From Nymphaea colorata (lineage: Eukaryota), in NCBI RefSeq assembly GCF_008831285.2, contig NC_045138.2, forward strand, positions 27,652,001-27,716,000: a stretch of 64,000 nt of DNA, read 5' to 3'. A model generated the notes under the pieces. It was given only the letters and a program-made list of their open reading frames with translations. It searched no databases and was not told the DNA's origin. This document shows, in pieces, positions 14,439 to 27,869 of this stretch (positions within the stretch are counted from its first letter, which is position 1; each line of letters opens with the position of its first letter). Made by a program: the position numbers and the translations under genes.

Positions 14439-14470
<32 letters not shown>
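14439..14470. repeat. (AT)n microsatellite
   Basis: Direct read. Confidence 0.9.
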
Positions 14471-14474
<4 letters not shown>

Positions 14475-16799
14475 CACATTTTCCTCCTTTTGTTCAAAAC
14501 CTTTAGAGGGCAGGCTTAGTAACAGCTATAAATTGTAGGCTTTAAATGAGACTACTTGAAACTTCGTCTTTCTCCAGTAGTTTTATCTATAATAAGATAT
14601 TCATTTATTTATTTGCAAAAATAATTGCAGACTGCTTTCCTCCTTGTACCACACAGCAGATTTATTTGTTGATCTACTTTGTTGTTGTCCAGGTTCAGTG
14701 GATCTATCTGAATACAGCCAATGGCTAAACAACTTGCTAGAAGAAACACGTCAGTTATGGGTCGCTTGTCTGAGCATATAGAGACACACACACATATATA
14801 CATAAATATGAAACTTTACAGAAAATATGCTCAACTTTCGGACGAGTTATAACCAAAGCATACTTTTGAAGAAGTAGCAAAAACATACTCAGGTTTCAGT
14901 TTCTTCATTTGATTTGGCCGTCTGCCTTACACATAAAAGAGGTGGTTAACGAAATATAAACATAAGTATGCATTTGTTGTTCCACCAAAACTACAGCAGT
15001 CTTTAGAATATGTCTATCATCTACTTTATCATTCTCCAGCAATGCGTGGTAATGTTCTTGTAAATAAAGGATAGATTCAACACATCTTAACAGTGAATTT
15101 TTGAACCTTTTGCCAAAACTTCAACTGTCCCCTTACTGTGTCTATAGTTCGAAACTTATAAGCATACTTTTAGGTCATTTTATTCGAATATCTTAGATAT
15201 AATAAATATGTATCCTAACCAAATCTCAAAACAATACTATGGAATTTGTAAATCCTATTCAAGCCTTCGAGTAGGCACATCAATGACTATACTTCTAGCT
15301 TCAAGCTATAATAATCACGTATCAGTTGAAACTTAGAAAAAGAAAAGATAAAATCGTTAATGCTTACTTGCGAACACTTACGGAAATGCATTACATATGA
15401 TTTGTTTTCAATTTTCTTGGAGGGTACCTGATAAGAAAAGCATTGCGTTTTTTCAACATATGTTTCTAAAACACTGTTATAAGAACATCATGTTCTTACC
15501 TCATATAATATGGTGCCATTATTATCCAATATTTAATTGTCGAATAAGGACAAATTCTGTAATTACAATATATTTCTTGAAAAAAGAATACGATGTTCTT
15601 GCCAACATTTTCTCATCAAACACCCCCTTAAAATTTTGAATCTGTCAAGAGATGAGTCCCAAATTGGTGCCGATTCTTTTTAGTTAGTAGTAAATAGAAC
15701 TCAGTTAGTGAGTGCAGCTTTATGTTAAAAAACTTTCAAACGAGAATCACTATCGCTGATTTTAGCCTGACAAGATTTTGACTAAAGTTGCTATCATTCA
15801 ACCTAACTGAATCTCGACTTGGATTGAACCACACACGAACAAAATCCCATCTCACTAAACCTTTGTTCATGGACTCCCATTTCACTCGTTTCTTGTCATT
15901 GGGAATTATCTCGACTGGTAAGTTCTTCACGTCCGTCTCACCTTCTATATAGTGATCGGATTTGATGCAGGCAAAAAATAAGAAAAACTTGAAGGACTCC
16001 GATACTGATCCGCTTGCTGCTCCAGTTATCATTCTATGAACTCTCGTGAAAACAGCTACACCGCAATGGCTGAAGCAACAAGGATAAGACTAGGGGCGGC
16101 TGCTCCACTTCCCCATGAAAGTTCTTGGAGAAGCGCATCATTTATTGACTTTGTGCATTTCGAGCAGGCTGGAACGACACAGTGATGAATTCATAGTGGT
16201 CAACTTCAACTTCAATCAGATTCGGCCGCTGTTTAAATCATATAATTCTGACAAAAAATATACATTTAAAGCCTTTCAACATTTTATATGAGAGTCGTAG
16301 CATTGCAGAAAAACATGACACAGCTACATATGGGATTGCAATTATAAAAGATCGATGAATGGTATGGAACATGCAACTTGGTTAGTAGAAAAAACTTCAT
16401 TTTCTACATAAAATTTCATTTTTAGCGAAGTGATAAAATTCAGGATCTGGTGTGAAACTATGGCAGCTTGTAATTGACGAAGAACCGAGCTTTCCCTTCC
16501 AACCACAGCCAGAGAAGAAATTTAAAAAGAAAAGCTAGCGGTAGATAATCTTCAAGCAACAATCCAACTCCTCTGTCACAAACTTGGCCCTTCACTCCTG
16601 CCGGCTGCCGCTGCGATGATCGTTCCCGGTACGTAGATCAGTGGGTGTCTCCGCTCTACAAATTAAAATCCTCTCCCTTTCTGTCGAAGCTGTGCTTCCC
16701 TGTCTCAGAGAGAGGGAAAAAGGGTGGGGTGAAGGAAGCTGTCTCCGTCTTCTCTCTAGATTACTGTCACTCGTCCCGCGGAGGGAGAGAAAGAGACAG

Positions 16800-17708
16800 A
16801 TGACAGCAAGCGAGGAGCCACCGGCCGAAAGTGGCATCACCACCACCTCACCAACGGCAGCACTGACGGCGGCGCCCATCTCCAGCGACGCGAAGGAAGC
16901 GTGGGTGTGGGAGCAGATCAGGCAGGAGGCAAGGAGGGACGCAGAGGCGGAGCCTTCTCTGGCCAGCTACCTCTACTCGACCATCCTCTGCCATCCTTCC
17001 CTCGAGCGCGCCCTTTCTTTCCACCTTGGCAACCGCCTCTGCTCCCCAACTCTTCTTTCCACTCTACTCTACAATCTCTTCCTCGACTTGCTATCGTCCT
17101 CCCCTTCCCTCCGCTGCGCCGCCGTCGCCGACCTCCTAGCCGCGCGCCTCCGAGATCCCGCCTGTTCCTCCTTCTCCCACTGTCTCCTCAACTACAAAGG
17201 CTTCCTTGCCCTCCAGGCCCATCGAGTCTCTCACAACCTCTGGCTCCAGGGCCGCTCCGCCCTAGCCCTTGCTCTGCACTCCCGCATCTGCGACGTGTTC
17301 TCCGTCGACATCCATCCTGGTGCTCGCCTTGGCTCCGGCATCCTCCTCGACCACGCCACCGGAGTCGTCATCGGGGAGACCGCCGTCGTTGGGGACAACG
17401 TCTCCATCCTTCACCATGTCACGCTCGGGGGAACCGGCAGGACTGCCGGCGATCGCCATCCGAAAGTTGGTGACGGTGTCCTCATTGGCGCCGGGGCCAC
17501 CGTGCTTGGAAACGTGAGTATCGGCGAGGGAGCGAAGATTGGCGCCGGGTCCGTGGTGCTCATCGACGTTCCTCCCAGGACCACAGCCGTTGGCAATCCG
17601 GCGAGGCTCGTCGGCGGACGGGCACACCCGGCGAAGAACAATGACCTCCCCGGCGAGAGTATGGATCATACCTCGTTCATTAATCTGTTGGCGGAGTTCG
17701 CTGGTTGA
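16800..17708 (+). CDS. Serine O-acetyltransferase, SERAT1/SAT5-like (cytosolic type), single exon, atypical C-terminal tail
   Basis: 302-aa ORF from ATG 16800. SATase_N region (WVWEQIRQEARRDAEAEPSLASYLYSTIL), GFLALQAHR, hexapeptide beta-helix (VDIHPGA...LDHATGVVIGETAVVGDNVSILHHVTLGGTG...DRHPK), and TAVGNPAR...PGESMDHTSF. Confidence 0.95.
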   Translation: MTASEEPPAESGITTTSPTAALTAAPISSDAKEAWVWEQIRQEARRDAEAEPSLASYLYSTILCHPSLERALSFHLGNRLCSPTLLSTLLYNLFLDLLSSSPSLRCAAVADLLAARLRDPACSSFSHCLLNYKGFLALQAHRVSHNLWLQGRSALALALHSRICDVFSVDIHPGARLGSGILLDHATGVVIGETAVVGDNVSILHHVTLGGTGRTAGDRHPKVGDGVLIGAGATVLGNVSIGEGAKIGAGSVVLIDVPPRTTAVGNPARLVGGRAHPAKNNDLPGESMDHTSFINLLAEFAG

Positions 17709-20700
17709 TGTCGTCTGTTTCCATCTTCTTCTTCATGGTTTTTTTCTTCTTCTTTTCCATTGTTGGCGGCTGCAGACGCTTTATATTTTTGGAGTATGAG
17801 CATGTTGTATAGTACAGAAATTACAGAACTCACGAATAAATTTGGAGAAAATTTTGCCCTTTTTTGGTGTTACATATCGTTACGTTCTTGTGGCTTTGAT
17901 TGCTAGGAAGGTGATGACAAATCAAAATATAGCTGTTTCAGTTTGCAGGCACCGGGTATCTCAAAATTGATCTTCTTCTTCCCTTCCCTTTCCTCTATCC
18001 CCATGTTTACATCTTTTTCCTTTTCATCTGAGATTCTGTTTTGGTCATGGCAATTGGTTTGTTGGGTATTCCTCACATATTCATTCTTTTACTACTGTTT
18101 TATCTTAAAGAGTGAGAGTTCGTTGCACCTGAATCACGAAGCCTTGTGCCTGGTTCTCACAGGGTGAAGGCCGGACTTCATATAGAATCCTCAAACTGTC
18201 CATGTGTATATTCGTGTTCGCGTTGCGTACTTCAATGTTTTGAGCTAATTAGTGTTCACGGCTTCATCTTCCAGTATGAGAACAATGCCAACGTAAAAAA
18301 CTTGGTGGTTCGCAGAAATAAATTAAAAGGGAGCTTGCTACTTGCTAGGTTTGAACTTGCTAAACTGTGCTTCTTAACTTAAAGTAAGGGCTAATGTATT
18401 CTAACAGATTGGAGAAATTATCATTTCGCTGAATTCTTACTCACATCTAGCCTGTCTTACTGACTAGTGGCCAATACAATGTCGGATTCTATACTGATTT
18501 GTTTCTATCCGCAGTCACTTTTTGTGTTCCACGTTCAAAGATCGGCGATGGTACCTTGTGCTTCAGCATCTAGTTTCTTACGACTGTGAAGAGTTTCTAA
18601 AATTCGGTGGAATTCGTATTTCTAGCGATGCTTCTGCATTTGTGCTCGCGTTTACTCTGAGAGCTGAGGCTTTGAGGTTCTGCTAATCCTTACCAAGCAG
18701 CTATTCTGCTCTTGGCCGTTTATGCCTTCTCTTGAGGACCCACCAATGCTAATTCAGTATGTTCAGCAGCATGATACCATTTGCTGTCTTAATTGCAGTA
18801 AAGGGAGCTTCATTATTTGTCTTATTCTTTCTGGAGATCGGAACTTTTCTGTTGAACGTCGGGTTGAGTCCAAAAAATAAAAATATTCAGCGTAGAGGGT
18901 TTTCAATTTCTTATAGTTGCGTCGAACTTGTTATGGCTTTCTTTCTGGTTTCTATTACTACAGTGGTAAATTGGGCCAAGTTCTTTTTGCGTGGTATACT
19001 TAAGGATGTGGTTTCTGCAGCACGCGGTAGTGTTACTGTCAACTTATGACTTGGCTTAGAGCAGTTCTTGGGAGGACAAGGGAAGTTGGTCTTATTCGTT
19101 CTGATTTTATTTACTGTGATGCTGAGCAAACTCGTTGCAAGGTCGTGTAATACGTTAACCAGTGGGAAGAATTCCACAGTTGCAAGGATTCACACTTTTT
19201 GATCAGACATTATCTAACAGAGCATTCTGCACTCACAAAAAGCAATCTCAATACTTTTTTTCTTGTTCGATCACCACTCGTTTCATTCATGATGATCACT
19301 GTGTCGCCATCAGAGGCATCTTTCACAAGATCAAAATGTGCGGTTCAAGTGTTACGCTGTCCACGAACGTGATCACGATTTCTGGCTTTCGGAAAAATAA
19401 ACAAACGGATACCAGAAGCAAGAACGGAGAAGAGAATTCCATCAAACATTCGACTAACATAGGAGATGACTGAGCTGAAATGGGGAAGTGATTTTTTAGA
19501 AGAAATGAAGTGGGTTTTGGCGAACCGATGAAAGGTTGAAACCACGGACTGCTTGGGGACATGAATAGAGGGTAGTGGGTTTTATCTCACAAAAACAAAT
19601 CCATTTGAATGTTCTGTATTTTTTCTTACACCGGCAGTCGACCACAGGCTCGTTAAATCGGCAACCTCACTTCTGACTTCCAGGTTTTCCAAACCCCGAG
19701 AATAACTTATATTTCCTCAGTCAAAAAAGGAACACAATCTTTGAGCTGACCATTCGCTACTAAAAGGACAATTTTAGCAACCAACTTCTTAAGGATGAAT
19801 GGGCAAAGAGATACATTATGGTTTTCTTTGTAGAAACTTTAGGCTTACTTTTTTGCTGTAACTTAAAAAGGACTCCTCTCTAAATGAGCAGAATATTGTT
19901 CATAAAATTGTTAGAAATGAGCTTGAAAGGAGGCTTTTGTTAAGTTAGTTAAGAATATAATTTTGAAATAGAGAGTCATCCTGGATAAAAGTTACTGTTA
20001 ACAGAAGTTTATGTCATGACGGTCTTCATAGAAAGTATCGTCTTCGTTAAAAGAATTATGGAAACTGTTCTTTTTTTTATTATTATTATAAGCAGATAGA
20101 ACGCGAGGAACCAAAATTTTCCCTTGTTATAACCACTATACTGAAATAGTTGATTTGATGCACTGCGATGGATGATCCAACTAGCCTATTATACGGCCAC
20201 ATATCTACACACTCAGGAATAAGGATACAGCAAAATTTGGACCTGATTTGGATCCACTTTATTGGATCCAACCCGACTGTGCCTTTCCTACGGACTCATG
20301 GTTTTATATGAATTCAGTTAATCAAATCCAGATCTGACAAACATCAGACTCCTCACAAATTTTATGGATCTTGAACTCAGCTACAGATTCCAGGCTTGGT
20401 TACCTGAATCCTATGTCCAATCCCAATCTGACTAGTACTTGAATCCTGGTTTTTTAATAGCATCTATAGACGGAGGGACATGTGGGCAATTGCCCACTCC
20501 ATCCTACATAAATTGCCTACAACATTTCACACAAATTTGCTTATTCTCGTGTGAATACCTCATGACTGTTTCCTAAAAATTAGAATCTGACACATTCATA
20601 CCTGGCTCTGTGGTATCCGATTAATAATTTTCGTCTTTCAAATCTTAGTAGTAACAGTAGTAGTCATAAAATGCCACCCAACGTTAATTTAATATTTCGA

Positions 20701-22697
20701 ATCAGAAGAAAAACGGTAACGGTTCCATAAAGTTGGCAGGCAAATTATGCCAAGCGTTTTCCAGCTGCTACCATTCTCTCCATTTGTCTGAGATTTTGGC
20801 TAGAATATGTGCCACGTTACACGAGTTTCAAGTATATTAGATATTAATAGAAGCTAGTCCAGGATACGGTATTGACAATTTTTCTCATTACAATATGAAT
20901 TTGGCAGGTATAATGGAGTAAAATATGCTTCATCATTGTAGTAGCCAGGGAGCAAACCAGGGTAAAACTTTTCAAGTTTTGATCTGCAAGTTTTATATGT
21001 GGCAAGACTCATCATGTGGTTTGAATTTTTTGAGTTCAACATTTAATTTTTCGTTCTGTTGTAGAGCCGTAATGGAGAGACAAAAGAAGTGGAATTTGTT
21101 GTTTGCCCTCTAGACGAAGAAAAATCAGCAATCAAATGTTGGATAACTGTAAGGCTTATGAGTTCGAATACCACTTGTTTCAAATACATAGACTAATTTG
21201 TTAAAGTCATATCAAACTAAAAATCTTAGGTTAGACTTAAGATCCGTACTTGGTTGAAGATCTATACTTGAGATTTTCGTTTGATGTTCTACACTAGATA
21301 AGGTTTAATTTGACATCAGGATAGGGAAGAATCTGATCTTAAATGTGTAGATCTAAAATCTTGAGAATCTAATATAATCAAATGCCCTGCCCTTAAAGAA
21401 TGTTATCATGCTTAAATTTTGTCTTTGAACATCTTTTCTCTCTAACAATATACACACTGGTTTGAGGTTTGTTGAACCTGTAACTTAATACTGTAACTTA
21501 TAATCAATCTAAACTTGAAGGTTTCTTGAACGTCAAAAACTCTCACTTTTTCGCCCAAGTTTCTCGAGCGGATTGAAGGCTTTGGCAATTTCACCTTTCT
21601 ACTCCACAAGTTTCAACAACTTAAAGAGAAGACCTTTTGAAGAGCTGAGAAAGTTCCGTATACCTTTTCAAGCAGTTGTAATCTAGTTTTCTTTTCTCCA
21701 TAGAATCGAATTTCAATCAACTCCATTCTTATACAATCAATGCATTACTTATAAAACTTAAAACTCCATAGGTCTTGTACTTTAGAGATGGATCAATTCG
21801 TTCATTGTTTTCCTAGCAAGATTTTCATACAGTCAGTAGAACATAAGGATGGATCGTGACCCCTTTTAGGAATCGAATCATACTAACAAGCATGATCTTT
21901 GACAGTCTACTGTACATGGTTCTTAACACCTACTGTCTATATCATCAACAGCTCATTTTTAGTACTAACAATGTTAGATAGAAAACTAATTTACATGATC
22001 TTTTTGCCCTTTGCATCTCTTGTTCGGTTCATGTGTTCGACCCCCTTCACAACAAGCCACATTTTGTTTGATGTTATGTTCCTGTTTGAGCACGAATATA
22101 TAACCAGCTTCTAATTACTGCAAATCCGCAAAAGTCCAAATTCTGCGAAGCCATGTCATTGATGTTAACTCTAATTGCTGATCGATCAAATCTCAACTAT
22201 ATATGCAGCAAAAATGTCTTCAAGAAATTGTATCTTCATGAGAAGACTAAACGTAACATGCCACAAAATTAATCTGTTGATAGATGTTTAATTGCTTAGA
22301 AAACTTCAATTTTTTTTTTTTTCGTGTTGGTTCGTAAGAAAAAACGTCTCTCTCTTGCAAGGTGAACTGTGTCGTGCAAGGAAGAGCCACCTTTTTCTTT
22401 GAAATAAAAGCACGCTCAAACAGGTTGAAAGAAATCTCACATGGCTACGTTCAACACCTGTACGATATCGGCATGGTAGTCGTTTCTGAATTTTTTGTTA
22501 ATTATATCCAAGCAATAAAGAAGTTTTTCTTCCTTCTGCTCTTTAGCTTCCATCCTTTCCTGGAACTTTGAGTGTTGCTGAAACCTTTTCAGGTTGTCTT
22601 TAGTTAAGAAAGAAAAAGACAATGCCATTAAATAGAAGCAGCAGATTTCCTGCGCTGAGGTGGCTATCTTTCACATGCTTCCCATGCCTCATCACAT

Positions 22698-22741
22698 GGA
22701 GAGAGAGAGAGAGAGGAACAGAGAGAGTGAGAGAGAGAGAA
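22698..22741. repeat. Interrupted (GA)n microsatellite
   Basis: Direct read. Confidence 0.8.
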
Positions 22742-23141
22742 GCAAGATTGTAAAGAGATCTACATGCAGGAAAATGACATATAACTTAATTAGCGGAAAT
22801 CGAAGCTGCTAATTCAACTCATATATTGTACAAACAAGAGAAGGATGAAAATGGAAGGAAAATCAGAACCAGAAGAATGAGAAGCAGAAAAGAGAACAGG
22901 GAAAAGAAAAACTGAAAAACCTAAATCTCTTATTCCAACCATGAACCTACAGCACTTGAACCTTGATCATCCCCGACACCAGCAGGCATACACGCAGACA
23001 TGCATGCATGCATGCAGACACATAAAAGGACATGGATATACATGCATATGCACATGTACCCATGTACATGCCTGCAGCAACACACACACATACATGAATG
23101 CGCATGGATAGACACAGGTACATACATGCAGAGAGAGATGA

Positions 23142-23735
23142 TCAATGGTTGCAGACAGTACTAGCTTGGTGATCATGAGCAGAGTTTTGAGCAATAAGGG
23201 CAAGCTTTTGGAGGTTCAACCTGATCACAGTGTCCACAAACATCTTGGTGTCTTCCCTGGTGTTTCCCTCTGGTATGTCCACCACATAGGACTCAAGCAC
23301 CACCGTCCACACCTTACCGTCCTCCCTAAACTCGTTCATGGACGTGACGGACCTGTAGTTCTTGAGCCTGTGCTGTCCCCCGACGACGGTGAAGCTGAGC
23401 AAATGCCTCTGGTCGTCCAGAATCTCCAGCCTCTCCGTGCTGGTGGACGCCGGCAGGCCGGAGATGACGGTGACCTTCCGGACGCTGCCGACGCCGCCGT
23501 CGCCCTCCACCATGCAGCAGCTTTTGATGAAGTGCTTGTACTTCTGCGGGTTGTCAAATCTCCTCACTAGCGGCCACACATGGGAGAGTGGGGCTTCCAC
23601 CCTTTGACATACAAGTGAGGTGCATGTGTTTGGGGATGGGTTTGAGATGGTGTGGCAGCCATTGATGACTGGTTGGAGCTCCTTGAACTCTCTCTGTGTT
23701 AGGCCATGTGGGGGAGGGGTTGCTTGGGACTCCAT
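23142..23735 (-). CDS. Abscisic acid receptor PYR/PYL/RCAR family, PYL2-like, intronless
   Basis: 197-aa ORF with CTSL..QR..AP...VW..VRRFDNPQKYKHFIKSC, gate loop SGLPA, latch HRL, and ESYVVDIPEGNT.EDTKMFVDTVIRLNLQKL. Confidence 0.96.
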   Translation of the reverse strand: MESQATPPPHGLTQREFKELQPVINGCHTISNPSPNTCTSLVCQRVEAPLSHVWPLVRRFDNPQKYKHFIKSCCMVEGDGGVGSVRKVTVISGLPASTSTERLEILDDQRHLLSFTVVGGQHRLKNYRSVTSMNEFREDGKVWTVVLESYVVDIPEGNTREDTKMFVDTVIRLNLQKLALIAQNSAHDHQASTVCNH

Positions 23736-24931
23736 GGGAGAGGAATGACCAGAAATCTAATGTGGGTTTTCAGGTGGCGCCTGAGGATTAAGGGAGGAGA
23801 TTGGAAGATAAGGATGAAGGCTTCTTGGCACTATGGGGGAAGGTGGGAACCCACTATGCAAAAGGCTGCCTTATATTAATGCTGTTATGTGTGTCTTTAA
23901 TGCCAAAAAAAGCGGTTTTTTAATTACAGAGAAAAGTTTTTTTGCTACACTTGTGGGTTTTATTCTCTTTAGTTGAAAATTATACCGGCCACTGTTTTCT
24001 CGTGAAAACCAACTGTGCAGATATGGTCTTTGTCACTAAAAACCTAGAAAACTAAATGACTCTTGATTACTTGTGTATTTTAAGTGGCAAAAAAATGATA
24101 TAAAGTTCCATATTGGTAGGTCTTAAATCCTCATAAAACTTCAATCTGCTTTCATTGGCCTAATATAGACACATATATATGTGTAAATAATATTTTTTTT
24201 AGAGCCAACCAGCTTGACAAATTTATAGAAAAGCATTGATTGAAAAGGATTATTTGACTAAAAACTCAAAGAACCGGCGTCCAGACCATCTTCAATCATG
24301 GCCAAGAAATTCGCCACTTACCCAAAAAACACAAGCACACAAACTTCAAGACAAGAAGGAGTTGGATGAGTTAGTAACGCAGACTAGGCCCATAACCTCA
24401 TATGGACGACCGGCCATAGGTCAAACTTCGCGTCACCTCTGCATCGAATTAAGGAGGTTTAAGGCTTTGAATTTGTTTAGAAAACATAGACAACTTGTGC
24501 ACCATTCTTCTGCATGTTACCACAAAAACACGGTTGATTAGTACTTTGAATCTGCATGTTAAATTAATTTTTAAAAAATATCTTTCTTTTATGTAAAAGT
24601 TGGCCGCCGGAATCCGCCCACCTGCTGTTGCTCCGCCTCCGGAAACTAAAATCACACGATCGTGACTGTTTCAATCGAACATAACCTAGCCAAGCTGACA
24701 AGCTGTGATCTACATGATCATCTTAGTAAGTATCTTTTCTCAGTCCATAAACTAGGACTTGCATTTATGGTCTTTTGGCATTAATGCCACCGAAACTTCG
24801 AACTAATCAAGCGTGTTTTTGTGGTACCATCAATTAAAACATTCATGGTACAACAACCTGATCCATTTTTATATTGAGCCCGGACTCTTGCTCGACATAT
24901 TGTAACCTGGCAGTCTTAACAACTTTAGTTT

Positions 24932-25075
24932 TGATTCAAAAAGACTATGAAATAGGACAACCATCCACTTAAAAACCCATTTATAAGTCTCTCAAGTTTC
25001 TTAATGATTCAAAAAGGCTATAAAATAGAAAATCATCCACTTAAAAAACCCCTTTATGAGTCTCCCAAGTTTCTT
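24932..25075. repeat. About 72-bp direct tandem duplication
   Basis: tgattcaaaaag(a/g)ctat...catccacttaaaaa...agtctc(t/c)caagtttctt occurs twice back-to-back. Confidence 0.8.
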
Positions 25076-27869
25076 GGTAATTTCAGATAAAAATGTATTA
25101 CACACAGCCGATGCTTTCGTTAATGATCCCCTTCTGCATCATCTTGAATTGGGGTTGACTCGTAGTACTCAACTTTTTCTGTTGTTTTCCTTCTACCGTC
25201 ATGTTCAATGTACAAAAGGAAGGCTGGAGGAACGTATACGAGTAGCGTTGAGAGTCTGAGGCATAATAAATGTAAGGGACTCGTCCCTTTTGCCGAAAAA
25301 AAGATGGTTCATGTGTCATGTGAGCAGTCTAACAAATCAAAGACCTCCGCCAAGCCGTGATCCCTCATCACCCTGATGAACTTTATGCAAGATTCCCCTC
25401 ACCCGAAACCGCATCCCATATCACGTGGTCCCCACCTCACCCTCATCCTTTTTTCTCTTATTTTTTCCCATTTTCTAGACATTATTATTGATATTAATAT
25501 TAATATTTTTATTTTTATTTTATTGACAAGACGTACATACTCCAATCAGGGGCATTTTGTAATTCATATGCGTACAAAAAAATGTGGTATTTCCAATGCA
25601 CAACTCATAATATTGTTGTTACAAATGCAAAAGCATAGCTGTGGATGCATGATTCCCAACTTGGGTTCCCTTGTTTTCATCGAGTTCATGAAAAGAAAAA
25701 AAAAAAAAAAAAAGTTTGGACTTGAAGACTCGAAAAAAGAGACTGATGGAAGCGTCGCCAGCTTGGGTTCCCTTGTTTTCATCAAATTCTTGCAAAAAGA
25801 ATAGTGTCAGATCATAGATAGCTGAAGATTGGTTGGTAAAAATGGGGCAAAAAATGTTTGAATTTGGGTTGCGTCCAACTTTTTATCAGATTGGGCTTAG
25901 TCAGATTTTAGGTTTTGGAATTAGATTTAGACTTTATTTTATATTAGTAAACTTGGAGCTGCCTGGGATCAAATCTGTCGTTTGTAGGATTTATCCAACT
26001 TGAATTAAGATTCAGCTATGAAACTTCTTGTAGAACTAGAATTGGATTAGTGGCTACATCTGGACTGACTTTGCCAATTCTGAGTAACTGCATCTAAATT
26101 CAGATATATTTCATTCATTTACTCCTTGCTTTATAAAAGAAAAACAACCATTTTCTTTGACTAGCTCAAGACCCAATGCAAGTAGGGCAGGACCGGTTCG
26201 GTATACCATAGCCCTGGCCAAGCCTAAAACTGAAACCTACATATCATGCTGGCTCCCAACCAGGTTCCTCCATAACTATTGCATATTAAATACTTATTAG
26301 AAGATATTTCTAAGAGGCTGAAGCTCCTCATTTTTTTTCTCCTATTATCAAATGTAAGGTTGCTTTGGGACCCGATTGAGGAGCAAAACATCTGTTTACT
26401 CGAAAACATCTGTCAACTAAAGTATCATGCATGTACCATTTGTTTGTAGTACAAAGAAGTAGCATTACAAGAGTCGAACCGATGACCATACTAAATATTT
26501 ATTAATGTAATAATTCAAACGAACCATATATTTATCTATACCTCTTTCCTCTCCACTCTAGATTTCTCTTTTGTTTTTCAAATGTTTAGGGTGGGACACA
26601 CAGTACAGTACGCTTTTGATCAGCACTCACATGTTATAGGGGGACCATTCTAAAAGATATGATTTAAGTAAGGTGAGAATGTTTGAACCCATGAAAAGTG
26701 GCTTGGTCAAGATTTCTCCACCTAGCTATATAGGTTATTCCCTTTTGGGTATTGGGCTTTGAACCCACCTCATTCCAAAGCTTGGTTGCTGGTTGTGGGG
26801 TTGGCTCTACTCTCCTAGGGTTTGGTAACCTATGGTGGTCTCACATGCCACATGTAGGTAACAATCATATGGGAAAGAATAAAATTGTAACCAAATTCAT
26901 TTATGGGAAGGCCAAGCGCCATAGTTATAGTAAAGAATGTTGTCACATGTGAAAGAATAAGGTTATAATCAAATTCATTATTTAATGAGTAAAGAATGTC
27001 ATCCACTACGGGTGACAGATGTGGCTGTTGGTGGAGGGGATACTGATGACAAGGCTAAAAAATAATGCGAATAGCAACACTAGTATGTCACCTAATAAGC
27101 ATGCCAACATGAGTTGGGCTTTTGTTTATTGTCCTCTTAGAAGAATGGGACTTTTCCACTTCAGGCAAGACTAAATAATATTGTGGAACAAAGATACTTG
27201 TTCTTGTCTTCTAATCTTGGCCGCTAGCTAGCTTGTCTATTTGTTGAAAGCATTGGTGCTACAGAGAAAACAGTGATCGAAATGTATCATGCCTTTTCAA
27301 TTTCACATCCTTCGCCATCGTGGTATATCGAAGGTTGAGGAAACAGTTTCAATTTATAATTACTGCCACCATAAATAGAGCGAGTCTAAATGGATTTAAT
27401 GTTTGAATTACATGGTTGTTGTTATGTGCCAGTGTGCTCTTCAGTAGCGTAGTTGAAGGACCTACCTTTGATTCACCCAGGTTCCGAAGTAAGCCAGAAC
27501 TTTGGAAGTATATAAGGGTTTTGCGTTGGTCGTTTTATGCCAAAGGCCATTTCTCTTAAATAAACATTTTTTTAAAAAAAGAATAATCTGATTCAATGGA
27601 ATCAATCATGAATTGGCAAAAATTATTAATAAAACAATAGAATTCTTCTTGGGATGACCAGAAAGACAGTTTGGTTCACTTCGCTCTCAGGCTTGAGCCA
27701 TAGCTTGCTCTCACTACAGCTTAGTTCTCTCTCTTGAACTTGTTTTCCTTTTTTTTTCTTATTTCTTTTGTTTTGGATTTTTCTTTTATTGCGACATCTT
27801 TTCTGTAACATCTAATAACTGCTTGTGATCACTTATTTTGGTAATATGTGATCATTTTATCCATTCTCT

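Noticed and set aside
16182..16251. Possible C/D box snoRNA (GTGATGA...CTGA, about 70 nt)
   Set aside because: No terminal stem and no recognisable rRNA/snRNA antisense element. The same applies to similar box pairs near 17911 and 54716-54786.
16641..16799. In-frame GTG-initiated 53-aa extension of the SAT
   Set aside because: Composition follows GA-rich UTR sequence and does not look like a transit peptide. ATG 16800 gives a normal cytosolic-type length.
7801..17708. CoA carrier next to an acetyl-CoA-using serine acetyltransferase as a metabolic gene cluster
   Set aside because: Only two genes, probably in different compartments, with no shared regulatory signal visible. Adjacency is most likely chance.
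16901..17799. Long alternative-frame and antisense ORFs over the SAT gene (likewise over PYL, carrier exon 1 and 61062-61730)
   Set aside because: Shadow ORFs produced by GC-rich codon usage of real genes. No independent motifs.
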